A stretch of DNA of 64,000 nt from Felis catus (lineage: Eukaryota), in NCBI RefSeq assembly GCF_018350175.1, contig NC_058368.1, positions 207,578,001 through 207,642,000 of the forward strand, read 5' to 3'. Below are positions 25,467 to 37,845 of this stretch, one piece after another. Position 1 is the stretch's first letter. Each line of letters begins with the position of its first letter. The notes under the pieces were generated by a model. That model saw nothing but the letters and a program-made list of their open reading frames with translations, was not told where the DNA came from and made no database searches. The position numbers were made by a program, and so were the translations under genes.

Positions 25467-28400
25467 TTAAATATTTTAATTAAAGGATATCTTTATTTTA
25501 AAATAACAGGTGACTTTCTCTGTCGTATTTTCATTCTTTAGGAAAACCACAGAATTTTAAAAATCATAAAAACAAGAAGGGATTTTGGTGTGTTTAATTT
25601 TTTATTTCTGTTCTTTGAATGAACCATCGATGTTAACAGTATGTATGTGTATACATACATATATATATATATACACACACACATTGCTTTTTATCCAGAC
25701 AAAAGGAGTTATTTTTATATGAATTCATTGCTATCAATCTGATTTTTGCCTTGGGCCTTCCCAAATCATAGCCTCCTTCCCTGGCTAGATCAGTTCACAC
25801 CCTTCAACTTCCTTCTGCAGCCAGATGAATAACAAACACCATCCCAGGGGAACAATGGATGAACCGAATGGTGCCCCAGGCCCCTGAACTGCCCATTGGA
25901 TTATTCATGTCACTGACTCTAGGGGGCAGTTGTTTGGGGAGAAAAGAGACCTAATAGGTCATCCAAGTAAACATCCCACCCTGATGTGACACTCACCGAG
26001 ACCAAGCATCAAAAATAAAGCCAGCGGCATTGTTTGTTTTGTCTTCTCTCACCCTTTTCAGATTGCCTGTGATGTTGCAAAGTCCAGCAGGATGTCTTGG
26101 CCTCAGGCCCCATATCCCCTGTCTTGCTTTGTCTCCTTGCTCATCTCAGATCTGCTATGGTCGTGACCGTGGGTAGAACAAGTACTAACACACCACCTGC
26201 CATAATGAAGGGTTCTTGGGCAGAAGGTAAATCATTAAGGTTAGGTGGAAGACGTTTTGGATCAGAATGAGAAATTTGTCTTCTATGTGAGCTGAGGATT
26301 CAAACTCAAACTTGTAACCATACAAGAAGGAAAGAAAGTCATGATTCCTCTGATGTATTTAGGCAAACATGGGATTTAGAGTCAGAAAACCTAGGTTTAG
26401 TTCTCTTTTCTACCATGTGCTGGAGCTTGGTTTTTCCTTCTCTGACAATAGGAATAAATCAAGCTTTGAGAGGATCAAATAAGATATTGTATGTAAAATT
26501 TTGTTTTAAAATGTGATTATTAGGTCTAATAATAGAACTAGAACAGATATAAAATGCCAAACTCTAGAAATTTTTGCTAACCATGCAAGTGTACATAGCT
26601 TGGGGGGGGGGGGGTTGAGGGCATTCGGACCCTGCAATGAGTAATCTTAATAAGCACAAATTTTAAACTAGATGGTGGCTATGTGCTACATCCAACAACT
26701 ACTGGCACATTAGCAAGGAGTCATCAGTTCTCTCAGAAGAAAATGAAGGAATGTATGAAGGAATGGATAAGTGAAAGCCCAGAGCAGTGGAAGCCATGAA
26801 GCACCTTGGAAAGATGAGGGACCAGGGGAAAGAGGGTAGCTGGTGTTAAGAGCAAGATATACACCATGAAAAGTCTGAAATTGAGAACAGCACGATTTTA
26901 ATAAGAAAGGGTGCAACCTGCTCTAACAAGTCCCGTGGTGACAAAGGTGAGAGAAGTTGCTCATCTCATGACACAGTCTTATTACTGTGACTTATGGGAG
27001 AGGAGAAGCGAGGCGAGAGGTGTGAGGTGAACGCACTGTTAAATCCTGATTACTAAATACTGAATGCATTATTTTCAAAGTTCAAAAGGAGAGACGGAGC
27101 AGGAATGCAAAGGGGGACACGAAGGGAGGGCTTCGTACCGCCATGTTCTGTAGAGTGGGGTTTCAAATTTTCCCTTTCTGTTTGTGGAATCTTTCATAAT
27201 CCCTCACTTCTAATGGCTAGGTTCATTCTCCTCCATTCACACTCCGGATCCTTTACTGTAACCGGTCTTGATTAGCTTGTCAACACCTTCCTCTTCTGAG
27301 CCGATTTCTTCTCACAGAACTTTCACATGCTGGGAAGGAAGTCTCTAGAAAACCCCATAGATGGCCTCATCTCCCTACCCCAGCCCACTCCACGTAGACC
27401 ATACACTTTCGGTTTCTAACTTCCTGTCAAGTGCAGAGAGAGAACTCACGGCCCGGGCTCCCGTGTCTATCTGTGTCTGTGTGTTTGTGTCTGTGCTGCA
27501 GGGAACATGGAGACTGAGAAAAAAGGAAGCAGAACATTTCTATGTAATTTTTTCCCAGGTCAAACAGCATCTTTCTCAGCCATCAAGCGTTTTTATTTTA
27601 GATCTCGTATGTTTTTAGCAAAGTAAGTTTTATTTTGCTGGTGTGTACTACGTATATATAAAAATAGAATAACCACTAGAAATAGTAAATGAAATTAAGA
27701 TCTCTTTGGGATGACAGAGTTGGAGGCACAGGAAAAATGAAAGAACTTCTGTCACATAATGGAGTGTACTTAAATATTGTCTTAAGATCCAAATAAGCCG
27801 CTAGTAAGACATCTATGAAAACACTTCAATTACCTACAAGTTTGTTAGCCAAAATGTCAATTCCTCAGAGACTATCCTCTAGTTGATATATTTAGTTAAC
27901 TCAGGCTGAGTGAATTATACAGTAAGCAAATGTAAGTTACATTTTCTATATAAGCTATGCAAAATGGGCTAACAAAAATAAACGGTTTGGGGGCTGTTTG
28001 TCGTTCCCTACCACCAACATCTGACTTCGTATTCTCTACATCCTGTCACCATTCCATTAGCATCAAGGAGTCAACAACTTATAGCAGAACAAACTTCAGA
28101 AACATGTAAGAAGTCACAGTGAAGTTCCTGATCCATTTTGCTTAGGGCATCAGAAGCCGTGACAAAGTCAGAACCGTGTTGGTGCAGGAGCTATTTGGTA
28201 GGATAACCAGAAAGGTTTGAAGGCTCTGCTTTGTAGAAAGATGGTGATTTGCAAGCCCGATTTTAAATACAGAAGGTACATAAAAGCCTAAAGCATCAAT
28301 ATACCTTGAGAGTCCAAGGTGACACAGGATTTGGAAAGTGGGCCATCACTGGCTGAGCTTTACTTGCTGCTGAACTATCTTGTTTCCTCTACTTCAATTC

Positions 28401-29502
28401 CCTCTAGAAGAGAGAACACAGTAGGAACAAGGAAAGGATCCAGAACAGGTGCCTGAGGTAATACAAGGGGGAATAATGAGGCAGAGGTTTTCTGCTAAGG
28501 TACTTAGGCCAGCCTCCTGAAGCGAAATGGCCAAGTTCACCTGTGTTGAGGGGATCCAAGCAACACAGCTCCCAGAGAGACCCCACTCGTGCCAGGTGTT
28601 TTCTTCTTCCTCCTTTACGCCTCACAGCAGGAGGCTGGCTGCCGGGCTTGTCTGCAGCTCCATCTTCACCTTTACAAGCCGCCGACAGTCCTGTGAGGGC
28701 TCCCCCACCGCTTCCGCCATCAGCTCCTCCTACCTATGCCCGTGCCCATTCTGCAGAGCCTGAGCTTGCCCCGAGAACTCAATTTGTGGTGAGGAGCCTG
28801 TTCCCACATCCTGTTGAAGAGGGGCCTGGTGCTCCTCCAACCCCGGAGGCTCAGCCAACTGGAATCCATCATGGCCCATTCACAATGAGGTAGAGACTCT
28901 GTGAGACAGAGAGCTCTTCAAAACAGATTCATGAGAGGGGTTCAACACCCTTCAAGAAGCTAAGGAAATCATGTCCCCAGCTATCATGTGTGGGCTCAAT
29001 CATGGTGAAATTCAAGTAAACTCAGCCCATCAGCCAGTATGTGTGATAGATATTATGGAAAGAAATGTGCCAGGCATTAGGGAGGTCTTGTTTGGGTGAG
29101 TGGTGGCAGAGGGGGGCTGTTTTCGAGGAAGAAAAATAAAAACAGTTCCCTGCTCTTACAACTCACTGGGGAAGAAGAGTAGACACAGTGTGTACTTAAG
29201 TTAGAATCCACTAGGTACTTAAATATTTAGAAAGTGTTAACGGGGATGAAAAAGGCGTATTGCAGTTTCACTGTCTCTAGTGCCCAACCTGCCATCTATC
29301 ATCTTGTGAGAAGTTGTAACAAGTACTGTATTTTCAACCAACTTCTATTAACTCTGTCTTTACAACTAATAGCAAGTAGAGTGGTTTTATTAAGTAATCT
29401 CTGACAATAAATAGTTTTAAGAAAGTTTGTTTTCAGATTAAAGCAATTCCCTTTTCCAAGTTCACTGAGTATAGAAGATTAAGTCTCTTTAAAAAGAAAA
29501 GA

Positions 29503-29730
29503 GGAGTGCCTTTTTTTCTTTAAAAAGAAAAGTCGGTTGCTAAGCGTCCAACTCTGGCTCAGGTCATGATCTCGTGGTTCCTGAGTTCAAGCCCCACATC
29601 GGGCTCTGTGCCGACAGCTCAGAGCCTGGAGCCTGCTTTGGATTCTGTGTCTCTCTCTCTGCTCCTCCCCCACTTACACTCAGTCTCTCTCCCTCAAAAA
29701 TAAATAAACACTAAAAAAATTTTCAAAAAT
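29503..29730 (+). mobile_element. SINEC with a disrupted head
   Basis: Body and tail normal; A-box segment replaced by a copy of flanking sequence. Confidence 0.88.
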
Positions 29731-30012
29731 GACACAAACACATCTTGAGGTAAAGTCAGGCTTCAATTTTAAATTCATTAGTTCCCCATGATTCATGGCT
29801 GCTTTATCTTTTGTGTGCTTCATAAATGAAACTTTACAAAGATGACACTTTCAAAGACATGGAACTTTGAAAACAATCTCTAGCAACAGTTTTTTTGTAT
29901 TATTTAGTTTTCACACAGGTATTTATAGGCTTTAGATTATATTCTATTACAAAAATCAAAAGCAGACTTTCTGGTAAAGTGTTTTCAATAATCCAGGAGT
30001 GATAGATTAACT

Positions 30013-30202
30013 CAGGGCTTCTCAGCCGCAGCACTATTTGGACTGATAATTCTTTGTTGAGGGGCTGTCCTGTGCATTGTAGGATGTTCAGCAGTATCTC
30101 TGGCTTCTCCTTACTGGAAGCCAAGAACACTCCCTTGGTCAGTCATCTCAGTCAAAGATTTTGCCAGACATTGTCAAAAATGTTTCTCATTGAGAACCAC
30201 TG
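30013..30202 (+). mobile_element. MER20
   Basis: gataattctttgttgaggggctgtcctgtgcattgtaggatgttcagcag; TIR ttgagaaccactg. Confidence 0.88.
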
Positions 30203-30260
30203 GATTCACCTAATATCCAAGATACGTTTAAAAGTATGAGTACTATAAAAATAAATCCCA

Positions 30261-30484
30261 GGGGTGCCTGGGTGGCGCAGTCGGTTAAGCGTCCGACTTC
30301 AGCCAGGTCACGATCTCGCAGTCCGTGAGTTCGAGCCCTGCGTCAGGCTCTGGGCTGATGGCTCAGAGCCTGGAGCCTGTTTCCGATTCTGTGTCTCCCT
30401 CTCTCTCTGCCCCTCCCCCGTTCATGCTCTGTCTCTCTCTGTCCCAAAAATAAATTAAAAACGTTGAAAAAAAAATTAAAAAAA
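30261..30484 (+). mobile_element. Young SINEC_Fc
   Basis: Perfect 14-bp TSD aaaaataaatccca (30247-30260, 30485-30498). Confidence 0.96.
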
Positions 30485-31485
30485 AAAAATAAATCCCAAA
30501 CTAAGCAAAACCCTGTTATCATCAACAGTGATAAAGTGTTTTTAATTTTTGATATGAAAACACATAGACAAACTAGCTACAAAGGGGAACATTTTCTTAA
30601 TGTGTTCAGTTTCTTGATGCCTGTCCTAAATGTCATCTCAGCCTTTGTTTAAGTATGTACTTGATCCATTACCTTCACATAAGTTGCTAAAAGCAAAGAA
30701 AGATTTTCTGGAATCTGGAGTTGTTAACTAGCAATGCAGCGGATGTAGCAAATGCATTTTCACTCACAGCCTCCTCCCTGGGGGTTGTGGAAAGCGTGGT
30801 AAGTTTATGCCAGTGAAGATACACAATTCTGAGGAAGGGAAAAATATATGGGGGCTAAAGGAAATTCATTTCTATCAACAGCATTTCCACAGTTACATCT
30901 GTGTGATTATAGAGCAAGAGATGGGAGTTGTTTGTACTAAACGTTATATAAGTAGATGGAAATGTAGGTACAGAGGGAAATCATAATGAATTGCTTCAAA
31001 TGACTTTGGAAAAGAAATTTGAGTAATTTGAGATGAAATGTTTGATTTACTTAAAATATCCTGAACTCAAAAGGTCTTCCAGATTTAAATACCTCTTCTT
31101 AGGAATAAGTAGGGCCCAATCATTAAAAGTTAAAAAGGTTCTGCAAACTAATGTAAAGTGTTAATAAGGGAAACCAGACGCAACTCCCTGTACCATCTTC
31201 TCAGTGCTTTTGTAAATCTAAAACCGTTCTAAAAATAAAATAAAATAAAAATCTGTTTAAAAAAATTGTGCAAATAATATGCACTGATGTGGATCAACTG
31301 TAAGGGAAGATGACAGAGATAATATTGAAAATATTTAACCACTGGAATTGTACAGGTACCAAGCAATCAGAATGGTTGCTTGTGACATATCCAGCTGGGC
31401 TCGTATGTAGCAACTATCAGTTCTGGAAAAAAGCAAACTGCAAAGCAAGGGTTTCCACTTGTGCAAAAAGTGGGGACAGGAAGAA

Positions 31486-31520
31486 TGTGTGTGTGTGTGT
31501 GTGTATGTGTGTGTGTGTGT
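31486..31520. repeat. Imperfect (TG)n within old L1 3' remnants (~31140-31650)
   Basis: Direct read. Confidence 0.85.
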
Positions 31521-32003
31521 TTATATATAATTGCATATGCACAGCTTAGAAATATACATAAGACCCTGAGAACAGTGGTTACCTCTGGTGAGGCAATGAA
31601 ATCAGGATGAAAGAATGTCAAAAAAATTTTTTTATCATCTTTACCTTTCTATCCTTACCATTATGCAAGAAATCTAGCTATTATTGTTAAGATTAAGGGC
31701 AAATCTGGATGTTGAAAATCTTCTCTAATAAACTTAAAACAATGATAATGATCAAACAACTCCTAAAGCTAAGCAGTCAGAATAAGTGATTAAATAGTTG
31801 TAGAGTTTGGGCTACTGATTGGCCAGATTTATTAGCAGTTCCTGTTTCTTCAAAGTGTCCATCCTATGTAAGAACTTACTACTATTTCTTTCTCTATCTT
31901 TCAACATTCAGTGAAAAGTTTCAGAGTGTGGGTAAACCAAACTCCAACACAATAACTCCATTATGTTATCCAGCAGTATGTGTGTTTCAGTCACATTGAT
32001 TTA

Positions 32004-32221
32004 TTTATTTTTTTTTCAACGTTTATTTATTTTTGGGACAGAGAGAGACAGAGCATGAACGGGGACGGGGCAGAGAGAGAGAGGGAGACACAGAATCGGA
32101 AACAGGCTCCAGGCTCCGAGCCATCAGCCCAGAGCCTGACGCGGGGCTCGAACTCACGGACCGCGAGATCGTGACCTGGCTGAAGTCGGATGCTTAACTG
32201 ACTGCACCACCCAGGCGCCCC
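32004..32221 (-). mobile_element. Young SINEC_Fc
   Basis: Perfect 17-bp TSD tcagtcacattgattta (31987-32003, 32222-32238). Confidence 0.96.
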
Positions 32222-32262
32222 TCAGTCACATTGATTTAAAATTACAACATAATATAACATAT

Positions 32263-32488
32263 GGGGCTCCTGGGTGGCTCAGTGTGTTGAGCAATCAACT
32301 CTTGATAATGTCTCTCTTATTATCTCACAGTCATGGGATTGAGCCCCACACCAGGCTCTAAGCTGACGGTGGAGCCTGCTTGGGGTTCTCTCTCCCTCTC
32401 TCTCTGCCCCTCCCCCTTTCACACACATGCACACACATGCACTTTCTCTCTCTAAAAAAAAATAAATAAAAATAACATTTAAAAAAGA
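32263..32488 (+). mobile_element. SINEC (older)
   Basis: Head ggggctcctgggtggctcag; TSD aacataatataacata / aacataatatagcata. Confidence 0.9.
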
Positions 32489-32635
32489 ACATAATATAGC
32501 ATAATGTATAAACTTGTCAAAGCACTATGTTGTTCACCAGAAACTAATGTAATATGTGTCAACTACACTCACATTTTAAAATTCAAAACAAATAAAATAA
32601 ATATAATTAAATTAAATTAAAACATAACATTAACT

Positions 32636-32870
32636 GCGGTGCCTGGGTGGCTCAGTTGGTTAAGCGTCCAACTTCAGCTGAGGTCATGATCTTGCAGTTC
32701 ATGAGTTTAAGCCCCGCGTTGGGCTCTGTGCTGACAACTCAGAGCCTGGAGCCTGCTTCAGATTCTGTCTCTCCCTCGCTCTCTGCTCCTTCCCCACTCA
32801 TGCTCGCTCACTCTCTCTACCTCTCTTTCTCTCTCAGAAATAAACATTAAAAAGAATTTTTTTAAAAAAA
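32636..32870 (+). mobile_element. SINEC
   Basis: Full copy with CT tract and A tail. Confidence 0.92.
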
Positions 32871-33009
32871 CCATAATGTGAACTATTATAACTTCAGAAT
32901 TTGATCACCTGGAGAAAATGATATCATATGACTAGTGAATTATAAAAAATAAGGTTGGCAAACAATCATTGGCTGTGCAGTACAGGTAATTCTTGATCTA
33001 AGAATGTTA

Positions 33010-33215
33010 CATGCATTCATCCATTTAATCTTGATTTAAAAACAAAACCCTGTGAAAAACGGAGAGTTATTATTATCATTTTACAGAGGAAGAAAACTGA
33101 GTCTCAGAGAGGTTAAGTAACTTGTTAGGTCACATGGCCAGTAATTGACAAAATCAAGATTTGAACCCAACTCAATAATCCTAGAGCCTGGGTTATTAAC
33201 CATGATGTTGCATGG
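33010..33215 (-). mobile_element. MIR
   Basis: cattttacagaggaagaaaactgagtctcagagaggttaagtaactt. Confidence 0.85.
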
Positions 33216-34440
33216 CCTCCTGGGTCTGGGCTGGCAGCTAAGAGACTTAAGTTCCAGTTCTGAATCAACCACTTCCATATTTTCTACTGTAAAACCAGGA
33301 CGTGGAGTTTGACAATGGGTTTGTTTGTTTCATGGGTTTTCCCCCATGAAACCCAAGATATGCAGTTGCGATCACTAAGTACGATATTGCCGTAATCTTT
33401 TAGTTGCTCTTTCCTCTCCAGTGCAGTGAGAGAGGAGGACTACATGATTCCTAAGGCTTCCCTTGTGGTATAAAACTAGGAGACCCTCTGATGTTACAAG
33501 CACGCTTACAGTTATTAGCTTAATCGACTTAATAGCCCCATGAAGCTGCGTTGTTATTCCTATGATAGAACTGAGCAAACTAAGGCCCAGAGACCTTATG
33601 TCCCCAGCCCTAAGTTCAACAGCTGGTAAGATTCAAACCCAGCCAGTCTGGCTCCCCAGTCTGTGCTATTAACCACTCTGCAATGTAGCTTCTTGTTATA
33701 AATCTAGAATAAATTATAGATCTAGAATATACATTGCAAAATATAAAATGAGTCCAGAATAAAGGAGTTCTTCCCCGGAGACCAACTTTCTTACAGATGG
33801 GGAGCACGTTTTTGTGTTAATACTTCTGTATGCATCTTGTGTTAGGGTTTGAAGTCTCTGCAGCCGTGATCTCCTTGGGAGGACACAGGGAAGGACCCAT
33901 CTTCTCCCATTCTATCCCCCAGCACCCCAACTCTCCCTAGTCCTGCTGTCTTCCTGCCTACAGCCTTCAGGGATTGTTTGAGGATTGGAAGATATCATGG
34001 GGACAAAAAGAGTGGTCAAGGTAGACAATGTAAAAAACAAGATGTTCTCAGCAACTTGAAGATAGGGTAATAAGTTAAAGGAGCAAATTCAAACTGGAAA
34101 ATGGTGTTCTCATCTGCTTTTCTCCTCCTAGCACCTAGGTTCCCTTCCCCCATCCTGCAACCACACACACATTGTGGTTTGGAACAAAGAAAAACTCCAG
34201 GTGAGGGCACCACGTCTTTTAAATTGCAAGCCGCAGTATTCATTCAGCTCATTGCCAACCCTTATTTCCCCGAATATGCATTAGAAGCCTGAAGGTGTCA
34301 GACCCCAGCCCACGTGTTGTGGGGATACAAGAAGGAATGAGACCATTTGTGGACTTCAGATCCCTAGATACACCTGAGTTTACATTCCTGTGCTCGCAGT
34401 TCCTGGCTGTGAGCCCTTGAATAGGCTACTTAATATTTCT

Positions 34441-34667
34441 TTTTTTTTTTTATTTTGTTTTTAACGTTTATTTATTTTTGAGACAGAGAGAGAGAGAGAG
34501 CATGAACAGGGGAGGGTCAGAGAAAGAGGGAGACACAGAATCTGAAACAGGCTCCAGGCTCTGAGCTGTCAGCACAGAGCCCGACGCGGGGCTCGAACTC
34601 ACGGACCACGAGATCATGACCTGAGCCGAAGTCAGACGCTTAACGGACTGAGCCACCCAGGCGCCCC
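34441..34667 (-). mobile_element. SINEC_Fc, first of a tandem pair
   Basis: Flanked by aatatttct on both sides. Confidence 0.95.
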
Positions 34668-34676
34668 AATATTTCT

Positions 34677-34898
34677 TTTTTTTTTAATTTTTTTTAACGT
34701 TTATTTATTTTTGAGACAGAGAGAGACAGAGCATGAACAGGGGAGGGTCAGAGAGAGGGAGACACAGAATCTGAAACAGGCTCCAGGCTCTGAGCTGTCA
34801 GCACAGAACCCGTCGCGGGGCTCGAACTCACGGACCGAGAGATCATGACCTGAGCTGAAGTCGGCCGCCCAACCGACTGAGCCACCCAGGCGCCCCCC
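34677..34898 (-). mobile_element. SINEC_Fc, second of a tandem pair
   Basis: Flanked by aatatttct on both sides. Confidence 0.95.
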
Positions 34899-36103
34899 AA
34901 TATTTCTAATAATAGTTTCCATATATTGAGCCCATGATCTGGTTTTGTGGTACGGAGTAGGGCATTGAAAAGTGAGATGTATTTGGACATGTGGCCAGAT
35001 AGGTGGTAGTGGAGAGAAATAAAACATCTTCTAGGTGAATATTAAAGAACAAAAATGGAAACTGTCACGGCCACAGGTGTATCTTCAGTGATTTTTTTTG
35101 CTGCTTCAGATTTTCAAATATTTCTAGAACAACTAGAAAATGTCAAATCCTTGCTTTTGAAAGAAAGAGCAAGCACACCATGAATTTTTCCAGACTACAT
35201 GGGATTATATTCAGAGAAGGGTAACTATTTGTTGTCTTTACTGAGTAATATCCTAATTCTAGACAAGGACAGAAACTGTGCAGCAGGCCTTCTAAGAGGG
35301 AGTGTTAAATGTCCTTCTAGAAGAGAGGAGACTGGAGAAACGACAAGGCTGGATGTGAGACTTCCCAGCCAGTCTCTACTGCTTCCTGGTCACCTTCCCC
35401 GTGGGTTCCCAAGAGAGGACCAGTTTGGGAGGTGATCACATTCTGCCTGCTAGTCTGGTTCCAATTGAATCAGCAGCACTCAGTATTTACAAATAAGTAG
35501 AAAAACTCACTTACTATTTACTTATCCAAATGAGTGAGCTTTTCTGCCACATCTCAGTTCTCAAGCAGATAACACCTTAAACGTGGATGGGACCAGAAGT
35601 CCTCTTGCAAACCACAGAGATGTTAAACATGGCCGTGCTGTAGAAAGCGTGCCAGCTGGATTTATAGAAGAACTTATTTTCACTTTTTCAAGTGCAGTTT
35701 CTGTTTAAGAGGCCCGACTGTAAAATATGGAAGAAGTCCCTTATTAGTCACTTCCATATTTTGTCAAGTAAAACAAAGGAGAAACACACCAAGTTTTAGA
35801 AGAAATCCAACAGGAGAGCTGGAGAAAGACAAAAGGTAAGTTGTAACAAACAGAAATAGACGAGTCAGTCTAAGACAAGCAAAACAAAACAAAACAAAAC
35901 ACTCTATGCACAGCAACAGCCCTCCCCTTCAAGAAACTCTCACAGATTATTTTGCCATAGAGGAAGATAAGTGTTACAATGTCTTCCTAACCAATCAGGG
36001 ACGCTGCAAGCCTCAAACCAGGAAGCCCTTTAGAGTGTAGTATTTTAAATTGTGCAAGTGAGACTTCTGGCTCTCAGTTAGTTTTTGTTCCCTGTGCTTG
36101 TAG

Positions 36104-36130
36104 GACACAAAAGCAGATGTGAAGTCCCTC
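36104..36130 (+). other. FYB1: 5' part of the FYB1 exon upstream of the ATG (5' UTR, or in-frame DTKADVKSL in N-terminally extended isoforms)
   Basis: 27 nt, open and in frame with ATG 36131; resembles the DGKADVKSL leader I recall from the longer human isoform. Confidence 0.85.
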
Positions 36131-37265
36131 ATGGCGAAGTTTAACACGGGGGGCAACCCCACGGAGGAGGTCTCTGTCAACAGCCGCCCCTTCAAAGTCG
36201 CGGGGCAAAGCTCACCTTCAGGAGTACAAGCTAAAAAGAACCTATTCAACAACCAAGGAAGTGCCAGCCCTCCTGCGGGACCTAGCAACGTACCTAGGTT
36301 TGGGTCCCCAAAGCCACCTTTGGCAGTGAAACCTTCATCTGAGGAGAAGCCCGACAAGGAGCCCAAGCCCCCGTTTCTAAAGCCTACGGGAGTGGGCCAA
36401 AGATTTGGACCACCGGCAAACTCAGCCACCAGAGACCCTGAGGTAAAAGTGGGATTTCCAAAACCTGTAGGCCCCAAGCCCATCAATGTGCCCAAAGAAG
36501 ATTCCAAACCTGTGTTTCCCCGGCCCCATGGGAATAAGCCTTTGCTTCACAATGTAAACGAAGACCACGACCTAAAGCCACCAGGCCCCAAGCCGGGCTC
36601 TAATCCCCCAGCCCAGGAAACTGAGCAGAAGCAAGTGTTCCCCAAGTTGGCTGGGGTTAAAGGCAAGTTTGGGTCAGCCTCCCAAGACCACGACCCCAAG
36701 CCCCTCTTAACCAAGCCCATCTTTGGCCAGAAGCCATCCCTGAGTAGTGATGACAGCCACGAAGATGAGAACGCCACCAAGAACGCGTCTCTACAGAAAG
36801 GCCTCCCGACCCCCCTTGGAGCCAAGTCCAAAATGACCCCTTTAAAACCAACAAGGCATGACGAAGAAAATAAAGACCAGGGAGGAGAGACGTCAAGTTC
36901 ACCTTTCCCTGGCGTGGTTCTGAAACCTGCCGTGAACAGAGGAAGCCCAGGCCTCTCCAAAAATGCTGAGGAGAAAAAAGAAGATAGGAAGATAGATGCT
37001 GCTAAGAACGTCTTCCTGAGCAAAATGAATCAGGAGGACCCGGCCTCTGGGGCTCCTCCTGCCAAGTTCCCTAAGACGCCTTCTAAGCTGACAGGGGCAG
37101 GGCCATGGGGCCAAAGTCAGGAGAAGGAAAAGGGAGACAAGAATTCAGCCACCCCTAGGCAGAAGCCCCTGCCTCCCCTGTTCACCCTGGGCCCACCGCC
37201 ACCAAAGCCCAGCAGACCCCCAAATGTTGACCTGACGAGATTCCGCAAAGCCGCTTCTGGAAACA
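36131..37265 (+). CDS. FYB1: FYN-binding protein 1 (ADAP/SLAP-130), large first coding exon (exon 36104-37265; codons 1-378 plus 1 nt, phase-1 donor); gene continues beyond the window
   Basis: Translation MAKFNTGGNPTEEVSVNSRPFKVAGQ...QKPLPPLFTLGPPPPKPSRPPNVDLTRFRKAASGN is recognisably the ADAP N-terminus. A pyrimidine tract and acceptor (gtttttgttccctgtgcttgtag) end at 36103, and the donor AACA|gtgagt starts at 37266. The ORF-track tail SELFFSFAI is intronic read-through. Confidence 0.96.
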
Positions 37266-37629
37266 GTGAGTTGTTTTTCTCGTTCGCTATTTAACAAGTT
37301 TTGTTCTACAGCAGAGGGTGTTTTGCCTTCTGGGGAAAAAAATTATAACAAGGAATGATTCCATCACCGGGACTCCTGGCATGTGGTGACCTTTCTTTGG
37401 CATTTTTTTTTGCTTCAGTATGGGAGGTGTGAAAGGCAAAAATCCTTAGTTCTGTGAGCAAGTGCCTTGGTGGGCCGCTTTTAGGGTGGGAAGGGAAATA
37501 TATCCACTTGATCGATAAGTGGTTTTGCTTTCATTTACTTCCTTAGCTGGGTTTCATTTCTGTTGGATGAGGCTAAGGTGTGTTCCCCTTACTGCCACAA
37601 AAGAGTTAGACAGAAAGATGAGCAAACCT

Positions 37630-37845
37630 TTCGGTTGATGGTTTTCAGACTGGATCAATTCTGATGCCCGGGAACATTTGGCAATGTCTTGAGGCAGTTG
37701 TGATTGTCACTACCAGAGGTTGCTACTGGCAGGTAGCAGATAGAAACCGGAGTGGCTGTGAAACATCTCGGACCACGTAGGGCAGCCTGCCCCAGCAAAA
37801 TAGCCAGCCCAGTGTCAATAGTACAGAGCTTGAGAAAACCGCTTC
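37630..37845 (-). mobile_element. MER20
   Basis: gaacatttggcaatgtctt...ttgtcactacc...tgctactggca...ttgagaaaaccgct. Confidence 0.75.

Noticed and set aside
36013..37114. Several antisense ORFs (164, 158, 81 and 71 aa)
   Set aside because: Shadows of the Pro/Lys/Gly-rich FYB1 coding strand; no independent support.
37266..37294. ORF-track extension SELFFSFAI* making a single-exon 391-aa protein
   Set aside because: Lies past a consensus donor (A|gtgagt); ADAP continues in later exons and no convincing nearby poly(A) signal is seen.
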